This document shows positions 21,301 through 32,201 of a DNA stretch of 64,000 nucleotides, one piece after another. Numbering within the stretch: position 1 is the stretch's first letter; every line of letters starts with the position of its first letter. This DNA comes from an uncultured Planctomycetaceae bacterium (GTDB lineage Bacteria; Planctomycetota; Planctomycetia; Isosphaerales; Isosphaeraceae). A program made the translations under genes and the position numbers. The stretch spans positions 2,848,001 through 2,912,000 of the forward strand of contig CAWIAD010000001.1 of NCBI GenBank assembly GCA_963833985.1. Direction: 5' to 3'. The notes under the pieces were generated by a model. It ran no database searches. It saw only the letters and a list, made by a program, of their open reading frames with translations, and was not told where the DNA came from.

Positions 21301-21854
21301 AGAAAGCGCTGACGGCTGTTCGAGTCGTCCGCGTGGTGATCGAGGATCTGCTTCAGGGCCACCTCGCGATTCAGCTCCGAATCGAGCGCGACGAAGACCG
21401 CCCCCAATCCGCCCCGGGCGTGCGGCCGGAGGACGCGGAACCGCTGGCCGTCAGACGTGGCCGTGCCGACGGCGTAGCTGGCCGTGCGGTCGGCGTCGCC
21501 GTCGCCGTCCTCGGTCGAGCCGTGGACGGAGGCGACGTGGCCCAGCGTGGCATCGATGTCCGGGTCGCCGAGGTTGACCAGACTATCACTCGTGGACTTG
21601 CCGGCCGAAACGGCCGCCAGGCTCTTTTCCACGTCTCCGCCGTGGGCCTCGAGGTGAACATCGACGAGGGCCTCGACCAGGGCCCGCCTGGCCGTGGCCA
21701 GCTCCCCGCGCTGCTGGAGGTAGTCGGCCAGGCTGCGGGTTTTGTCCAGGGTCCAGGCCTGGAAGGCGAGCACGAGCTGGGCCTGGTTGATGATGCCGTT
21801 CTGGAGCGCCAGGAGTCCAAACAGCAGCTCTCGATCTGCGGCGACGGCTGCCAT
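18318..21854 (-). CDS. Ser/Thr protein kinase with TM helix and TPR repeats
   Basis: HARGGLGAV, VALK, HRDIKPGN, DWG, GTPAYMSPE; C-terminal TPR-like repeats. Confidence 0.95.
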   Translation of the reverse strand: MAAVAADRELLFGLLALQNGIINQAQLVLAFQAWTLDKTRSLADYLQQRGELATARRALVEALVDVHLEAHGGDVEKSLAAVSAGKSTSDSLVNLGDPDIDATLGHVASVHGSTEDGDGDADRTASYAVGTATSDGQRFRVLRPHARGGLGAVFVALDSELNREVALKQILDHHADDSNSRQRFLVEAEVTGGLEHPGIVPVYGLGSYGDGRPYYAMRFIRGDSLKEAIERFHGDETLRNDPGKRSLALRKLLRRFTDVCNAIDYAHSRGVLHRDIKPGNIIVGKHGETLVVDWGLAKATGKGEPGAEERTLVPSSASGSSETQPGSALGTPAYMSPEQARGDLDQLGPRSDVYSLGATLYCLLTGKPPQEGDDLGAILRTVQRGEFTPPRQVDPSIDQALEAVCLKAMSLEPEDRYTSGRALAEDIERWMADEPVAAYPDPWTRRLTRWLARHRTGVTALGAAGLAALIGLAAVLGVQRQSNAVLAAKNNALDRANVSLREAIVQKDAANTALGEANGRVQARFELAREAIRSFKTGVEEEETLKEDRLRPLRDKLLGSARKFYDRLGDLLRGQEDAASKAILAESYAELGELIDKIGQKPEALEVWKKAVTIRRELAAVPGAGASERVALARALNGLGEDVLKLGDHAGALTAHEEARALAEPLAAKPNAAVEARRALGAAHHDAGEALVATGKDAEALASFRQALRVREALTRDTPAVPDYRKELAVSHNSVGNILDKIGDLPGALAEQRMFQDIFRALAAEHPAVPDYRRGLAVSHNWIGNVLEQTGDLAGAMSEHRKNLEMFQALAADYPAVPEYRSNLAISHTRVGVLLERTGDLAGALAEQRMFQDIFRALAAEHPAVPDYRRGLAVSHNWIGNVLEQTGDLAGAMSEHRKNLEMFQALAADYPAVPEYRSNLAISHTRVGVLLERTGDLAGALAEQRKCVEMFWALAADHPEVPDYRRNLAASHGRVGALLVAAGRPAEAMEELEHARSLLEALAQAAPNVPDYRDWLVSVLISSSDALRGLGRTREARERLNQAIARAESLAAAQPKAPGYRSRLADALRRLARLKLDAGDSAGADADARRAVALFEELPSRDGREWLRTACACATLSAASKASDLADRAMDDLRQAAARGYRNPAQYRYEPDLAPLRGRRDFPLLMLDLAFPQQPFAP
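19019..19618. repeat. Exact 288-bp tandem duplication inside the kinase TPR region
   Basis: CGCTGCTCGGCCAGTGCGCCGG at 19021, 19309 and 19597; protein shows an identical 96-aa block twice. Confidence 0.9.
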
Positions 21855-21921
21855 GAGGCGGGCCTCCCGGAAACCAGGTGAAGACGATCTTGCTCTGACC
21901 CCCAACTCGGAGGACGCCGGG

Positions 21922-22293
21922 CACGATGCGCAGGATCGGCTGCATTATGTCATGGACCGGCGAGGAATGCACATTCGCGGTCGACGTCCGACCTGTTCTC
22001 AGTGGTGCGGTGGGTTGCGCGTCGCAAGCGACGCTGATCCGACCTACGGGCTGCGACATTCGCCGTTCAGACAATCGGTGGGCCTCGCAATGCTCGACCC
22101 ACCCTACGCGCTGCGAGCCCGTCATTCGGTTCACGGCGCGAATGGCGGCTGCGGATACGAGGGTCCAGTGGTCGGGTGGGTCAGACGACGCAGGCGGCGC
22201 ATCCCACCGGTGCAGTGGGCTGGCCCCAACGCCGGAGGCCGCCGGACACGATGCGCAGGATCGGCTGCATTATGTCATGGACCGGTGAGGAAT
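21922..22293. repeat. GTAG-type REP mosaic bracketed by 47-bp direct repeats (21922-21968, 22247-22293)
   Basis: CACGATGCGCAGGATCGGCTGCATTATGTCATGGACCGGYGAGGAAT twice; internal modules match 16433-16730. Confidence 0.9.
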
Positions 22294-22489
22294 TCGACGC
22301 GGGAGGTGAACGCGGAAGCTTCGCGCGCGGCACTCTCGGATCGCGGGTCCGTCCGGGCTGAGACAGGCGATGGCCGACGTCGGCCCGAGCGAGCGAAAGT
22401 GCGTGATGAGCAAGCAGACGGGGGGGAATGGAAAACAACCGCTCGCCGGCGTGAACTCATCGGCCGGCGAGCGGTTTGGGTTTGGAGCC

Positions 22490-24730
22490 TCAGCGGACGA
22501 CCTGCGCCGGGGCGGCCGGCTGGGGGACGGCCGTGGGGGTGGCGGCCGTGACCGGGGTGGCCGCGGCGCTCGCCTGCGTGAGCGTGCCGGGGGCCGCTGT
22601 GGCTGTGGCGGGTGCGGCCGTGAACTGACCTGGCTGCTTCTGCTCCAGCGTCACGCGGACCCAGCCGGAGGGGTCGAGCGGCGAGATCGATGCGATGGCG
22701 AAGTTGCGCAGTTTGAGGTTGTCCAGATTGGCGACGATCGGCTGGTTGCGCAGCCGGACGCCCAGGGCGCTGATGACCAGCGCACCGCTGAAGCGGCTGA
22801 GGTTTGACGGTTTCGATTCATCGTCATTGATGGCCGCGACGTGGGAATCGGTCGAGGGAACGAAGTCCTCGATCCTGGCCCGCAGCCGGTGAGAGCCCGG
22901 CGCGGGCTCTTCCACCTTGTAGGAGAGCGCGATCTCGAGGTGCGGAATCTCCATTCTGAGGATCTTGGCCGGAACCCCGATCATGGACCCGCCCTGGCTC
23001 TGGGGATCCGGCGCGGGCACCTCCAGCCGGAAGTCGCGGATGCTGGCCACCAGGAACCCACGAGCGTCGACGGCGAACTCGGGGGCGTGGGGCGGACGCT
23101 GGATGCGCAGGGCTGTCACTTTCGGGTTGTTGGCCTTGCGCGCCTGGTCCACCTCGCGAGCGTACGCGGGGAAACCGACGTTGCGGGCGATGACCGCGGC
23201 CTGCTGGGGCGGGGTACCCGGCGGCACGTCCTTGGTCACGATGACGAGGTTATCGGTCGACTGAACCTCCTGGCGGTTGAACAGCCCGTCCGCGACACTG
23301 TTGAGCACCGAGGCAAGGTGCACGTCGGCCGTGATTCCCGGCTCGGGAACCGCCAGCGCCGGGGGCTGGGGCGTATCGGCTCCGCGTTGCCGGTCGCCCG
23401 CTTTCGACTGCAATAGACCACCCACGTACACGGCTTCGGGGCGCGACCTCATCTTGACGCCGGAGATGAGGAAATTCTGAAAGGCAATCATGTCATTGCC
23501 GATCAGGAATTTGGAAAGCTCGGCATTGCGCTGCGCCTGCTCGCCGGCGATGCGCTCCTGGGCTTCCTCCTGGGCTTCCTGGGGAATCTGCTGGCGGAAC
23601 CGGCCCACGGCCCCCTCATAGACCTTCTGGTTGATCTTGTTCTGGTTCATGCCGATGAGCCCGGCGACCATTCTTCCAAAGCCGCCACCCGGCTCCGGGG
23701 CAGAGCAGATCGCCGCGTCGACGTTGTGGTTGTAGGCGGGCCAGATCAGGAGCCCGCTGGCACGCAGCAGCGTGTACACGGTGAGCTGGGCATTGTCATA
23801 GCTCGTCGCCGAGAACTCGTAGAGCTTGGCGGCCTTGCGTCCCTGGGGATCTTTTTCGATCTGGCTCTGAAAGTCCGTGATGGGCGTGACGCTGGTGAGG
23901 AGCTGGCTGTTGTAGAACTCGATGCCGTCGTCACTGGGCAGCAGGCCGAAACCGGTCTTGGGGCCGGCAGTCACCTGCGACCAGTAGCCTTTGCGATAAA
24001 CCGGGCCGGAGTGCACAAGGATGGCATCGAACACCGGCTGGACCACGCTGACGTCGGCCGTCACGTCCAGGTTCGGCAGGTTGAACAGGTCGTTGATCGC
24101 GGTCTCGAGCTCCAGAGACGGCTGCCAGGGGCGGGCCTGGTCTTGCTTCCGCAGTGACTGGAGCGCCTCATGGACTTGCTTGAGCGCTTCCTGCTTCTGG
24201 GTGACGGTGGCGGCCGCATGGTAGGCGCGCAGCGCCTGGCCCAGGTCGTTGTCCACGAAATCCACCCAGCGCTGGCGGTTGGCCTGGGCCGATGCATCGG
24301 CAGTCGGAGGCAAGCCGCGGACGGTCTCATCCAGCCGGCGTTCCGCCCAGGCCAGCCGGACTCGGGGACGCATCCAGAGCCGCAGGGCGTCCCGGACCTC
24401 GGCGGCCGGCTGCCAGGGAACCCCGGCCAGTGCGCCGGACATCTGGTAGATGCGGTTCAGCGCGGTGAGGCGGTCGGTCGGGTTATCCGCCCTGGAATAG
24501 GTGCTCAGGTCGTTCAACAGCGCGTCGAAGAAGGCGTTCCATCCAGGAGCATTGGGGTCCGCGGCCGCCCCCGGCCGGGACCAGCCTTGCCGGATCGACG
24601 CGATGGCCTTCTCGACATTCTGGTAAGTGGTGGGCGCCGGAGCAGCCGCACGCGCCGGTCTCGAGCCGCCGAATCCCCATCCCAGCAGCAGTCCAGCGGC
24701 GAGTGTCGCGACAACAGCGAGGCGTTGCAT
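22490..24730 (-). CDS. Large secreted hypothetical protein
   Basis: 746-aa ORF, signal peptide, Ala/Thr/Pro-rich tail, GGAG SD. Confidence 0.8.
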   Translation of the reverse strand: MQRLAVVATLAAGLLLGWGFGGSRPARAAAPAPTTYQNVEKAIASIRQGWSRPGAAADPNAPGWNAFFDALLNDLSTYSRADNPTDRLTALNRIYQMSGALAGVPWQPAAEVRDALRLWMRPRVRLAWAERRLDETVRGLPPTADASAQANRQRWVDFVDNDLGQALRAYHAAATVTQKQEALKQVHEALQSLRKQDQARPWQPSLELETAINDLFNLPNLDVTADVSVVQPVFDAILVHSGPVYRKGYWSQVTAGPKTGFGLLPSDDGIEFYNSQLLTSVTPITDFQSQIEKDPQGRKAAKLYEFSATSYDNAQLTVYTLLRASGLLIWPAYNHNVDAAICSAPEPGGGFGRMVAGLIGMNQNKINQKVYEGAVGRFRQQIPQEAQEEAQERIAGEQAQRNAELSKFLIGNDMIAFQNFLISGVKMRSRPEAVYVGGLLQSKAGDRQRGADTPQPPALAVPEPGITADVHLASVLNSVADGLFNRQEVQSTDNLVIVTKDVPPGTPPQQAAVIARNVGFPAYAREVDQARKANNPKVTALRIQRPPHAPEFAVDARGFLVASIRDFRLEVPAPDPQSQGGSMIGVPAKILRMEIPHLEIALSYKVEEPAPGSHRLRARIEDFVPSTDSHVAAINDDESKPSNLSRFSGALVISALGVRLRNQPIVANLDNLKLRNFAIASISPLDPSGWVRVTLEQKQPGQFTAAPATATAAPGTLTQASAAATPVTAATPTAVPQPAAPAQVVR

Positions 24731-25151
24731 TCGTTCTCTCCCTCGGGTGTATTCACCGGTGCCGAGTGATCAGCAGATCACTGTATCGCCCCCGGTGCGG
24801 ACAAGAGTTGACCAATTTTTTCCATCTAGCCTACCAGAACCCGTTCAACTTGCCCATTTAGATGACTGGTGGGGATCGGGAACCCGCGCCTTCGATTCCG
24901 CCTCGGGGGCCGCACGCCGCGCCGGCGGTCCGGCGGGTGCTTGCCTTATTGTCAGGCGGGTGCGGAGAAGGCGCCTCCCCGGGAAGACGGAGGAGAATGG
25001 GACGACAGAAGCCGCGGCCCCGTGATAGAATCAGCCTTCCGGTCCGGGTGCGAGATGGCCCGAGGCTGCCTTTCCGGACGGGCCGGACACCCTTTCGCCG
25101 TGCATTCATCATCTTTTGTTGCCGGGTCGACTCGGGCCGTGGAGATCTTGT

Positions 25152-27212
25152 ATGTTGCAAACACGATACCGTCCCCCCTGGGCAGGCCGAGGGTTTCTTG
25201 TGCTGGGGTGGATGGCCTTGATGCCGCTCCTGGTGGTGCTCGGACCGGGCTGTGGGTCCCAGGAGGCCCCGGGGGCTTCAGCGGGTCGGCCCGCGGCCGC
25301 GAAGGCCACCGGCAAGCGTCCCGGCCAGGATTCCAGTCCCGGCAGCAAACCTCAGGCCAAGATCATTTCCACCATCGAGGGTGACCGCATGTCGGTGGTC
25401 TCCGCGCCGGTGGTGCTCACCAAGCAGGCCGAGCCCAGCCCCTTTCGCTTCGCCGAGATCTCTGAAGCAGCGGGAGTCGACTTCGTTCACTTCTCGGGAA
25501 TGACAGTGGAAAAGTATTTCCCGACGGCGAACGGCTCGGGCCTGGCCGTCTTCGATGCCGACAACGACGGTCTGCTGGATCTGTACTTCGGGTCGGCCAC
25601 ATTGCTCCCTCTGGGCACCGCCGAGAAGGGCCCGAACCGGTTCTACAAGAACCTGGGAAACGGCAAGTTCCGCGATGAGACCGAGGCATCGGGCCTGGGC
25701 TTCCACGGCTTCTGCCACGGGATCATCGTCGGCGACATCGATAATGACGGCGATCAGGACGTATTCCTGTGCAACTACGGCCCCAACGTGCTCTACCTCA
25801 ACGACGGCAAGGGCCGCTTCAAGGACATCAGCAAGAGCGCGGGGGTTGATGCGCCCAACTGGTCCAGCAGCGGGGCAATGCTCGACTACGACAACGACGG
25901 CGACCTGGACATCTACGTCTCGAATTACGGCCGCTGGCACTATCCCGAAGATCACACCATCGTGGGCGACCGGGAGAAGAAGATCTTCCTCTATTCCTCG
26001 CCCAGAACCATCAAGACGGTGAAGCACTTCTTCTATCGCAACAATGGCAACCTGACCTTCACCGATGTTTACGACAAGGTGATCACGGTCGAGAAGGACG
26101 TGGTCACGGGTCAGAAGGAAGTGGTCGACACCAAGACCGGGGCCAAGACGACCGTCGAGGTCAAGGAGCGCAAGCGGGTGGTGAACCCCCGGAGCGACGG
26201 CCACGGCTTCGGCGTCGTCGCCGCGGACCTGAACAACGACGGCCTGATCGACCTTTATGTCGCCAACGACATGAACCCCAACTTCCTCTTCCTGAACCGT
26301 GGCGACGGCACATTCGACGATGTTTCCGAGGCCTCGGGCGCTGCGTTCGACAACAACGGCATGGCGCAGTCGGGCATGGGCGTCGATGCCGAGGACGTGG
26401 ACGGCGACGGCCTCCCGGAACTGGTCTGCACCAATTTTGCCAACGAGTACGACACCCTTTACATGAATTTCAGCAAGGGACTGTTCTACGACAACACGGC
26501 CTTCTTCGGCATGGCGTCGGACACCATGCCCTTCGTGAAGTGGGGCACGGGGCTGGTGGACCTGGACAACGATGGCTGGCCGGACAACTTCGTCTCCACG
26601 GGACACGTGGACGACAACCGCCGGCAGCTTGGCCAGCCCGTCGATTATGAGCAGATTCCGCTGCTCTTCCGGAACCTGGGAGGCAAGCGGTTCAAGCTCT
26701 CCACACGCGAGGCCGGGCCCTATTTTGACACCACGCACGTGGGCCGGGGCGTTGCCTTCGGCGACCTGGACAATGACGGCGATATCGACATCGTCGTCAA
26801 CGAGAAGGACCGGCACGCCGCGGTGCTCCGCAATGACACGCCCACCAGCAACCACTGGATCCGCCTGGTTCTCGAGGGGACCAGAAGCAATCGCGACGCG
26901 GTGGGCGGGCGCGTCGAGGTGGATACCGGCGAACGCGTGATCCACCGCCAGCGCAAGGGCGGGGTCAGTCTGGAATCGGCCAGCGACCCGCGGCTCCTGA
27001 TTGGCGTCGGAGAGGTCCCCGTACTGAAGAAGATCACCATTCGCTGGCCGTCAGGACACGTGACCACGCAGGAAAACGTCAAGACGGACCAGGAATATAA
27101 GATTCGAGAGCCGGTGGACGGCGTGGTGAAGAACGTCGTGCCAGAATCTCCGCGGCCCGCCCTGGAAACCACCAAGCCGGCCCCGGGGAAGCACGCCGAT
27201 CCGCCGAAGTGA
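25152..27212 (+). CDS. CRTAC1/ASPIC-UnbV family FG-GAP repeat protein
   Basis: Repeated D.DNDG..D motifs; NHWIRLVLEGTRSNRDAVG, IRWPSG. Confidence 0.9.
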   Translation: MLQTRYRPPWAGRGFLVLGWMALMPLLVVLGPGCGSQEAPGASAGRPAAAKATGKRPGQDSSPGSKPQAKIISTIEGDRMSVVSAPVVLTKQAEPSPFRFAEISEAAGVDFVHFSGMTVEKYFPTANGSGLAVFDADNDGLLDLYFGSATLLPLGTAEKGPNRFYKNLGNGKFRDETEASGLGFHGFCHGIIVGDIDNDGDQDVFLCNYGPNVLYLNDGKGRFKDISKSAGVDAPNWSSSGAMLDYDNDGDLDIYVSNYGRWHYPEDHTIVGDREKKIFLYSSPRTIKTVKHFFYRNNGNLTFTDVYDKVITVEKDVVTGQKEVVDTKTGAKTTVEVKERKRVVNPRSDGHGFGVVAADLNNDGLIDLYVANDMNPNFLFLNRGDGTFDDVSEASGAAFDNNGMAQSGMGVDAEDVDGDGLPELVCTNFANEYDTLYMNFSKGLFYDNTAFFGMASDTMPFVKWGTGLVDLDNDGWPDNFVSTGHVDDNRRQLGQPVDYEQIPLLFRNLGGKRFKLSTREAGPYFDTTHVGRGVAFGDLDNDGDIDIVVNEKDRHAAVLRNDTPTSNHWIRLVLEGTRSNRDAVGGRVEVDTGERVIHRQRKGGVSLESASDPRLLIGVGEVPVLKKITIRWPSGHVTTQENVKTDQEYKIREPVDGVVKNVVPESPRPALETTKPAPGKHADPPK

Positions 27213-27340
27213 GCTGCGCTCCGGCGGCAGGCGGCAGGCGGCCGCGGCAGGCAGGGCCAATAATCGGTTCGCGATCACGAATAACCCTGGTGGAGCCGGT
27301 GAGTGCTCCGTGATGACAGGGTCTTGTGATCGAGGGCACG

Positions 27341-28105
27341 ATGAAAACGGCATCGCCGACGGATCGCTTCTGGAAGCGGATGTCCGCCAAGAGCACCCTG
27401 GAAAGCGAATGGCCCACCGTGCGGTTCGCGGCCATCGGCGAAGCCTGGAGGCTCTACCGCCAGCACTGGAAAACCTGGTCCCTGGCGATGTTGCTTGCCT
27501 GGTTCGGAACCACGATCATCGGGGGCGCCGGGGCCGTCATGCTGCACGTGACGTCACTCGGCTTCATGGGCGGGCTGCTGGGGCTCGGAGAGCCGCGACT
27601 CCCCTTGCTGCCCACGCTCTCCATGACCGTGGTGGCTGGTTTCTTTCTGGGCGGCATGGTCCGCATGGCCGTCTCTCAGGTGCGCGGCCGCGCCCCACGC
27701 CTTGAAGAACTCTTCAGCGTCACGGACGTCTGGTTCGATCTGCTGCTCGGCTCCGCCCTGTTCGGCTTGGTGCTCTTCATTGGCTGGCACCTCCTGGTCA
27801 TCCCCGCGTTCATCGGCACAGCCCTTCTGATGTTCATGTACCCGCTTGTGGTCGACGCGCGTCTGCCGGCTACCGGAGCCATGATCCGCAGCTTTCACGC
27901 ACTCAAGGCACAGTGGCTTGCCGCCACGGTTGTCCACATGGCCATGCTGGCGCTAACGGGTCTGGGCTTCGCGTTCTTCGGCATTGGGCTGCTGGTGACC
28001 GGCCCGCTCTATGCCCTGAGCATCGCGGTGCTGTACCGGGAAATGTTTTTCAGCCCCACGGCGGTTGGCTGGCAAAAGGATGCCGATCCGTTCCCTGAGT
28101 ACTGA
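27341..28105 (+). CDS. Integral membrane protein
   Basis: Five to six hydrophobic segments; AIGEAWRLY...GLLVTGP. Confidence 0.75.
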   Translation: MKTASPTDRFWKRMSAKSTLESEWPTVRFAAIGEAWRLYRQHWKTWSLAMLLAWFGTTIIGGAGAVMLHVTSLGFMGGLLGLGEPRLPLLPTLSMTVVAGFFLGGMVRMAVSQVRGRAPRLEELFSVTDVWFDLLLGSALFGLVLFIGWHLLVIPAFIGTALLMFMYPLVVDARLPATGAMIRSFHALKAQWLAATVVHMAMLALTGLGFAFFGIGLLVTGPLYALSIAVLYREMFFSPTAVGWQKDADPFPEY

Positions 28106-28230
28106 CTTCTGGCCTATCGATATCGACGCGGTGGGTCGCACGGAATGCCGGCCCACCGCGCTCATGGCCGGTCCTCGAAGGACCCTCTGGCACAGCTCAA
28201 CAGGGCAGGGGAAGCGCTCTCGTCACCCCG

Positions 28231-29355
28231 TCACGGCTGCTCGCGCGGACCGGGCGCGGGGGGAGCGGGCGCCTTCTTGCGCAGGTCTTCATAACTCATG
28301 CCCGAGAAGAACTCGCCGGGGGCGTTGCCCGGGGCGATGCTGGGTGTGGCGGACGCCAGGGCCGGGGCAATCTGGTCCCTCAGGTTGACCAGCTTGGGAT
28401 AGAGTGAGTCATAAACCTGCCGCTGGGCGGGTGAGGTCGCCGGTCCAAATCTCAAGTTGAACGCGTTCATGAACCCAAGCAGGTCCGCAAGCGTGGCCTC
28501 GGGGCGGTTCTCCACGCCGGCCAGAAGCAGCTCGAGCGCCGGGGTCTCCATCAGGGCGATCAGCCCGTGCAGGGCCTTGAGGAACCGGTCCGCCTCGGTG
28601 CGGTCCTTGCTGTTCCTGGGCAGGATCTGGTCGGCTTTCGTTTCGGCCGCGTTGATTGCGGCCAGCATCTTGCCGATCGTCGCCTTGTCGGGCTCCTTGC
28701 CTTCCTCGATCTGCTGGCGCAGCTGCTGCCCCAGGGTCTTGATGGTCTCTCGCTCCTGCGCGAACTCGGGCTTCATCAGCACCGGCGGCGGGCCGCCCTT
28801 GACGAGCTGATGGATGCTCATCGAGATCGCGGCCGTGGCTGACTGGAACGGGATGTTGCGGATGATCTGCCCGCCGATCTTCACCTGGCCTTCCTTGAGT
28901 GCCTTGGTGTACACCCGCGGATCATTGATCTCGTCGAACGCGGCATTCATCGCGTCGCCCCGGTAAATGTCGGCCCGTTCCGGATTGTTGCGCAGCCGGT
29001 TGCGGATCTGATCAGCCGAGAGATTGGTCTGCGCCCGTTCCTTGGCCAGCCGCTCCTGGCGCATGCGGTTGAGATTCATCTGCGAATCCCAGACGTACTG
29101 GTTCCAGCGCATCACCGTGTCGGTGTTGATGGAATTGGCGACGGCGGTCTGCTGGTTGTAATACCCGGCGCCGGCCGCGTACGCACCCAGTCCGCGGGCG
29201 ATGTCGCCCTGGGCCGTCTGCCCGCCCCAGCCGCCCCAGCCGTACCCGCCATAGCCGCCGGGATAGCCCCATTGCGCCTGCGCAGCCGTGCCCTGCGACA
29301 GAGCCAGAGCGAGTGCCAAGACGAGTGTTCCTGCCCTGATGGAGTTTCGAGTCAT
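28231..29355 (-). CDS. Secreted hypothetical protein
   Basis: Signal peptide, Gly/Tyr/Trp-rich N-terminus, 374-aa ORF. Confidence 0.75.
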   Translation of the reverse strand: MTRNSIRAGTLVLALALALSQGTAAQAQWGYPGGYGGYGWGGWGGQTAQGDIARGLGAYAAGAGYYNQQTAVANSINTDTVMRWNQYVWDSQMNLNRMRQERLAKERAQTNLSADQIRNRLRNNPERADIYRGDAMNAAFDEINDPRVYTKALKEGQVKIGGQIIRNIPFQSATAAISMSIHQLVKGGPPPVLMKPEFAQERETIKTLGQQLRQQIEEGKEPDKATIGKMLAAINAAETKADQILPRNSKDRTEADRFLKALHGLIALMETPALELLLAGVENRPEATLADLLGFMNAFNLRFGPATSPAQRQVYDSLYPKLVNLRDQIAPALASATPSIAPGNAPGEFFSGMSYEDLRKKAPAPPAPGPREQP

Positions 29356-29881
29356 CGCAAGTGCCCCCGGAGGTGGATCGAGACCGCCTCATGGTCAGTC
29401 CGGCGGCGCCGTTGCTGGCTTGCTCTCCGGACCGGAATCATTGATGTGCTTTCAAGATAATTCAACGGCTCCACGGCGGCAAGGAACGGAATGCACAAGC
29501 GGGTCCGCGTGGTGCCGATCGTGCGGAGAATTCGGCCGCCATCCGCCCGGCTCATCCCTTCCGGCCCCCGCTTCCCGCGCTCGCCGCGCAGGCGAACCGG
29601 CACGTCGGGCCGCTTTTGACGCCGCTCTCGCGTCATGAATACCTCTCAATGATGACAACTTGCTCCTCGTTGGGCTTGTGCTTTGCAGCGAATTCTCCGA
29701 AGTGTCCGCCCATGGCGGTCGCACCGGCCGCCATGAAGTCATGCACTCTGACACTGCCGAACGCGAGAACGTTGAGGAAGGGGAGACCGCCTGATGGCTA
29801 CCGAGTCACATGTAACCGCACCGACCGAGTTCCGCGGTCAACGCGGCGAGGTCATGGGCCAACGCGGCGAGGACATGTACC

Positions 29882-30676
29882 ATGGACCACTCTACGAGGC
29901 CGTCCGGAACCGGCCGGGCCACTTCGATGCCGCCGGCAGCGGGCGCGGCTGGTCTGGTATGGAACGCCGCAACGTCAGAAATGTCGGCGAGACGGAGCGG
30001 CGTGGTCTCGGCCCTGGTGGGCGGGTCGCTCGTCCTGCTCGGCCTGACGCGCCGTTCGACCGGGGGCGCGGTCGCGGCGCTGGCCGGCGGTGGAATGATC
30101 TACCGGGCGGCGACCGGGCATTGCCATCTGTATGAGGCCGTCGGGGTCAATACGGCCGTCCAGGGTTCCGGCCGTGACGCCACCCACGCGTCGCAGGTGA
30201 AACTGAGCAGCACCGTCACGATTGGCAAGTCCGCGGAGGAAATCGACCGCCTCTGGCGCCAGCCCGACACGCTGCCGAGGATCATGGCCCACCTTGCCGA
30301 GGTCACTCCCGCGAGCGAGGGCCGCTGGCACTGGAAGGTCGTCGGCCCGCTGGGCATCACCCTGGAGTGGGACACGCACGTCGTCGAGGACCGGCAAGGT
30401 CAAAGCCAGCGCTGGGAGTCCGAGGAAGGTGCCGACCTACCGAACGAGGGATCCATTCGCTACCGATCCGCGCCCGCCGACCGCGGCACCGAAGTGACGC
30501 TTCAGTTCCGCTTTCAGCCTCCCGGCGGGATGCTGGGGGCGGCTGCCGCGCGGCAGTTGCGCATCATCCCCCGCCTGGTGGCCGAGACCAGCCTGCGCTA
30601 CCTGAAAAGCCTGGCCGAAACCGGAGAGATCCCCACGACCGAGCATCAGCCGGCCGCGCGGCCGGGTGGCCGCTAG
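29882..30676 (+). CDS. SRPBCC/cyclase family protein with a DUF2892-like N-terminus
   Basis: [29 protein letters not shown]. Confidence 0.85.
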   Translation: MDHSTRPSGTGRATSMPPAAGAAGLVWNAATSEMSARRSGVVSALVGGSLVLLGLTRRSTGGAVAALAGGGMIYRAATGHCHLYEAVGVNTAVQGSGRDATHASQVKLSSTVTIGKSAEEIDRLWRQPDTLPRIMAHLAEVTPASEGRWHWKVVGPLGITLEWDTHVVEDRQGQSQRWESEEGADLPNEGSIRYRSAPADRGTEVTLQFRFQPPGGMLGAAAARQLRIIPRLVAETSLRYLKSLAETGEIPTTEHQPAARPGGR

Positions 30677-30782
30677 CCCGGACCGCGGCTCACCGCCCGC
30701 GCCCGCTTCGTGCCCTGACTCATTCGTGATGTCGAGACCTGGAGACAAGACACGCCCACTCAGTACCGAAAGAGCAACGATC

Positions 30783-31952
30783 ATGAAAGCGATCTGCTGG
30801 CATGGCAAGGGGGACGTCCGCGTGGACAGCGTGGCCGATCCGAAAATCGTCAACCCGCGCGACGCCGTCATCCGCGTGACAAGCACCTGCATCTGCGGCT
30901 CCGACCTTCATCTCTATGACGGCTACATGCCCACGATGGAGCCCGGCGACGTCATCGGCCATGAGCCGATGGGCGTGGTGGAAGAGGTCGGCAAATCCGT
31001 CAAGAACCTCAAGGCGGGCGACCGGGTGGTGGTGCCGTTCACCATCTCGTGCGGCGACTGCTGGTTCTGCAAGCGCGAGCTCTATTCGCTGTGCGACAAC
31101 TCGAACCCGAACGCCGCCCTGGCCGCCGAGGTGATGGGGCAGTCGCCGGCGGGACTCCTGGGCTACTCGCACATGCTGGGGGGCTTTGCCGGTGGGCAGG
31201 CCGAGTACCTGCGCGTGCCCTTCGCCGACGTGGGCCCGATCAAGATTCCCGATGGCATCCCCGACGAGAAGGTCGTCTTCCTCTCGGACATCTTCCCCAC
31301 CGGCTTCATGGCCGCCGAGTATGCCCAGATCGAGCCCGGCGACACCGTGGCCATCTGGGGCTGCGGGCCGGTGGCACAGTTCGCGATCCGCAGCGCCTGG
31401 ATGCTCAAGGCGGGCCGGGTCATCGCCATCGACCGCGTGCCGGAACGCCTGCGCATGGCCGAGCAAGGGAAGGCCGAGACCATCAACTTCGACGAGGTGA
31501 CCGTCTATGACCGCTTGATGGAGATGACCGGCGGCCGCGGTCCGGACCGCTGTATCGACGCCGTGGGTGCGGAGGCCCACGCCGCCGGCAGCTTCGACGC
31601 GGTGCTGGACCGGACCAAGGCGGCCGTGGGCCTGGCCACCGACCGGCCCCACGCCCTGCGCGAGGCCATCATGTGCTGCCGCAAGGGGGGCACGGTCTCC
31701 ATCCCCGGCGTCTACATTGGCTTCCCCGACAAGCTCCCCATGGGCGCCGCCATGAACAAGGGGCTGACGTTCAAGATGGGCCAGACGCACGTGCAGCACT
31801 ACACGAAGCTGCTGCTCAAGAAGATCGAGGAAGGCGCCATCGACCCCTCGTTCGTGATCACCCACCGCTTGCCCCTGGAACAGGCTCCCGAGGCTTACCG
31901 GATGTTCCGCGACAAGAAGGACCAGTGCATCAAGGTGGTCCTCAAGCCGTGA
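30783..31952 (+). CDS. Zinc-dependent alcohol/formaldehyde dehydrogenase
   Basis: [33 protein letters not shown]. Confidence 0.95.
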   Translation: MKAICWHGKGDVRVDSVADPKIVNPRDAVIRVTSTCICGSDLHLYDGYMPTMEPGDVIGHEPMGVVEEVGKSVKNLKAGDRVVVPFTISCGDCWFCKRELYSLCDNSNPNAALAAEVMGQSPAGLLGYSHMLGGFAGGQAEYLRVPFADVGPIKIPDGIPDEKVVFLSDIFPTGFMAAEYAQIEPGDTVAIWGCGPVAQFAIRSAWMLKAGRVIAIDRVPERLRMAEQGKAETINFDEVTVYDRLMEMTGGRGPDRCIDAVGAEAHAAGSFDAVLDRTKAAVGLATDRPHALREAIMCCRKGGTVSIPGVYIGFPDKLPMGAAMNKGLTFKMGQTHVQHYTKLLLKKIEEGAIDPSFVITHRLPLEQAPEAYRMFRDKKDQCIKVVLKP

Positions 31953-32201
31953 CCAGACGCCGGGCGCAAGCCCGGTGGTGGCTCGGCGGCTCCCGCCACG
32001 GTGCGCGATGGGTTGTGTGAAATACGCCCATCGTCGCACCGCAAAGGGCTGGAGCCACCGTCTTTTCGACGCAAAGACCGGATGCGGATCAGTCCGCCGG
32101 GTGCCGCATGGACATTGGCCGGTCCGGAGGGGAAGATGACGGGCCGTGGGCCGATCGATGAGCCATCGACGGTGCCACGGTCACCGCGCTCCGAGGCTGC
32201 C

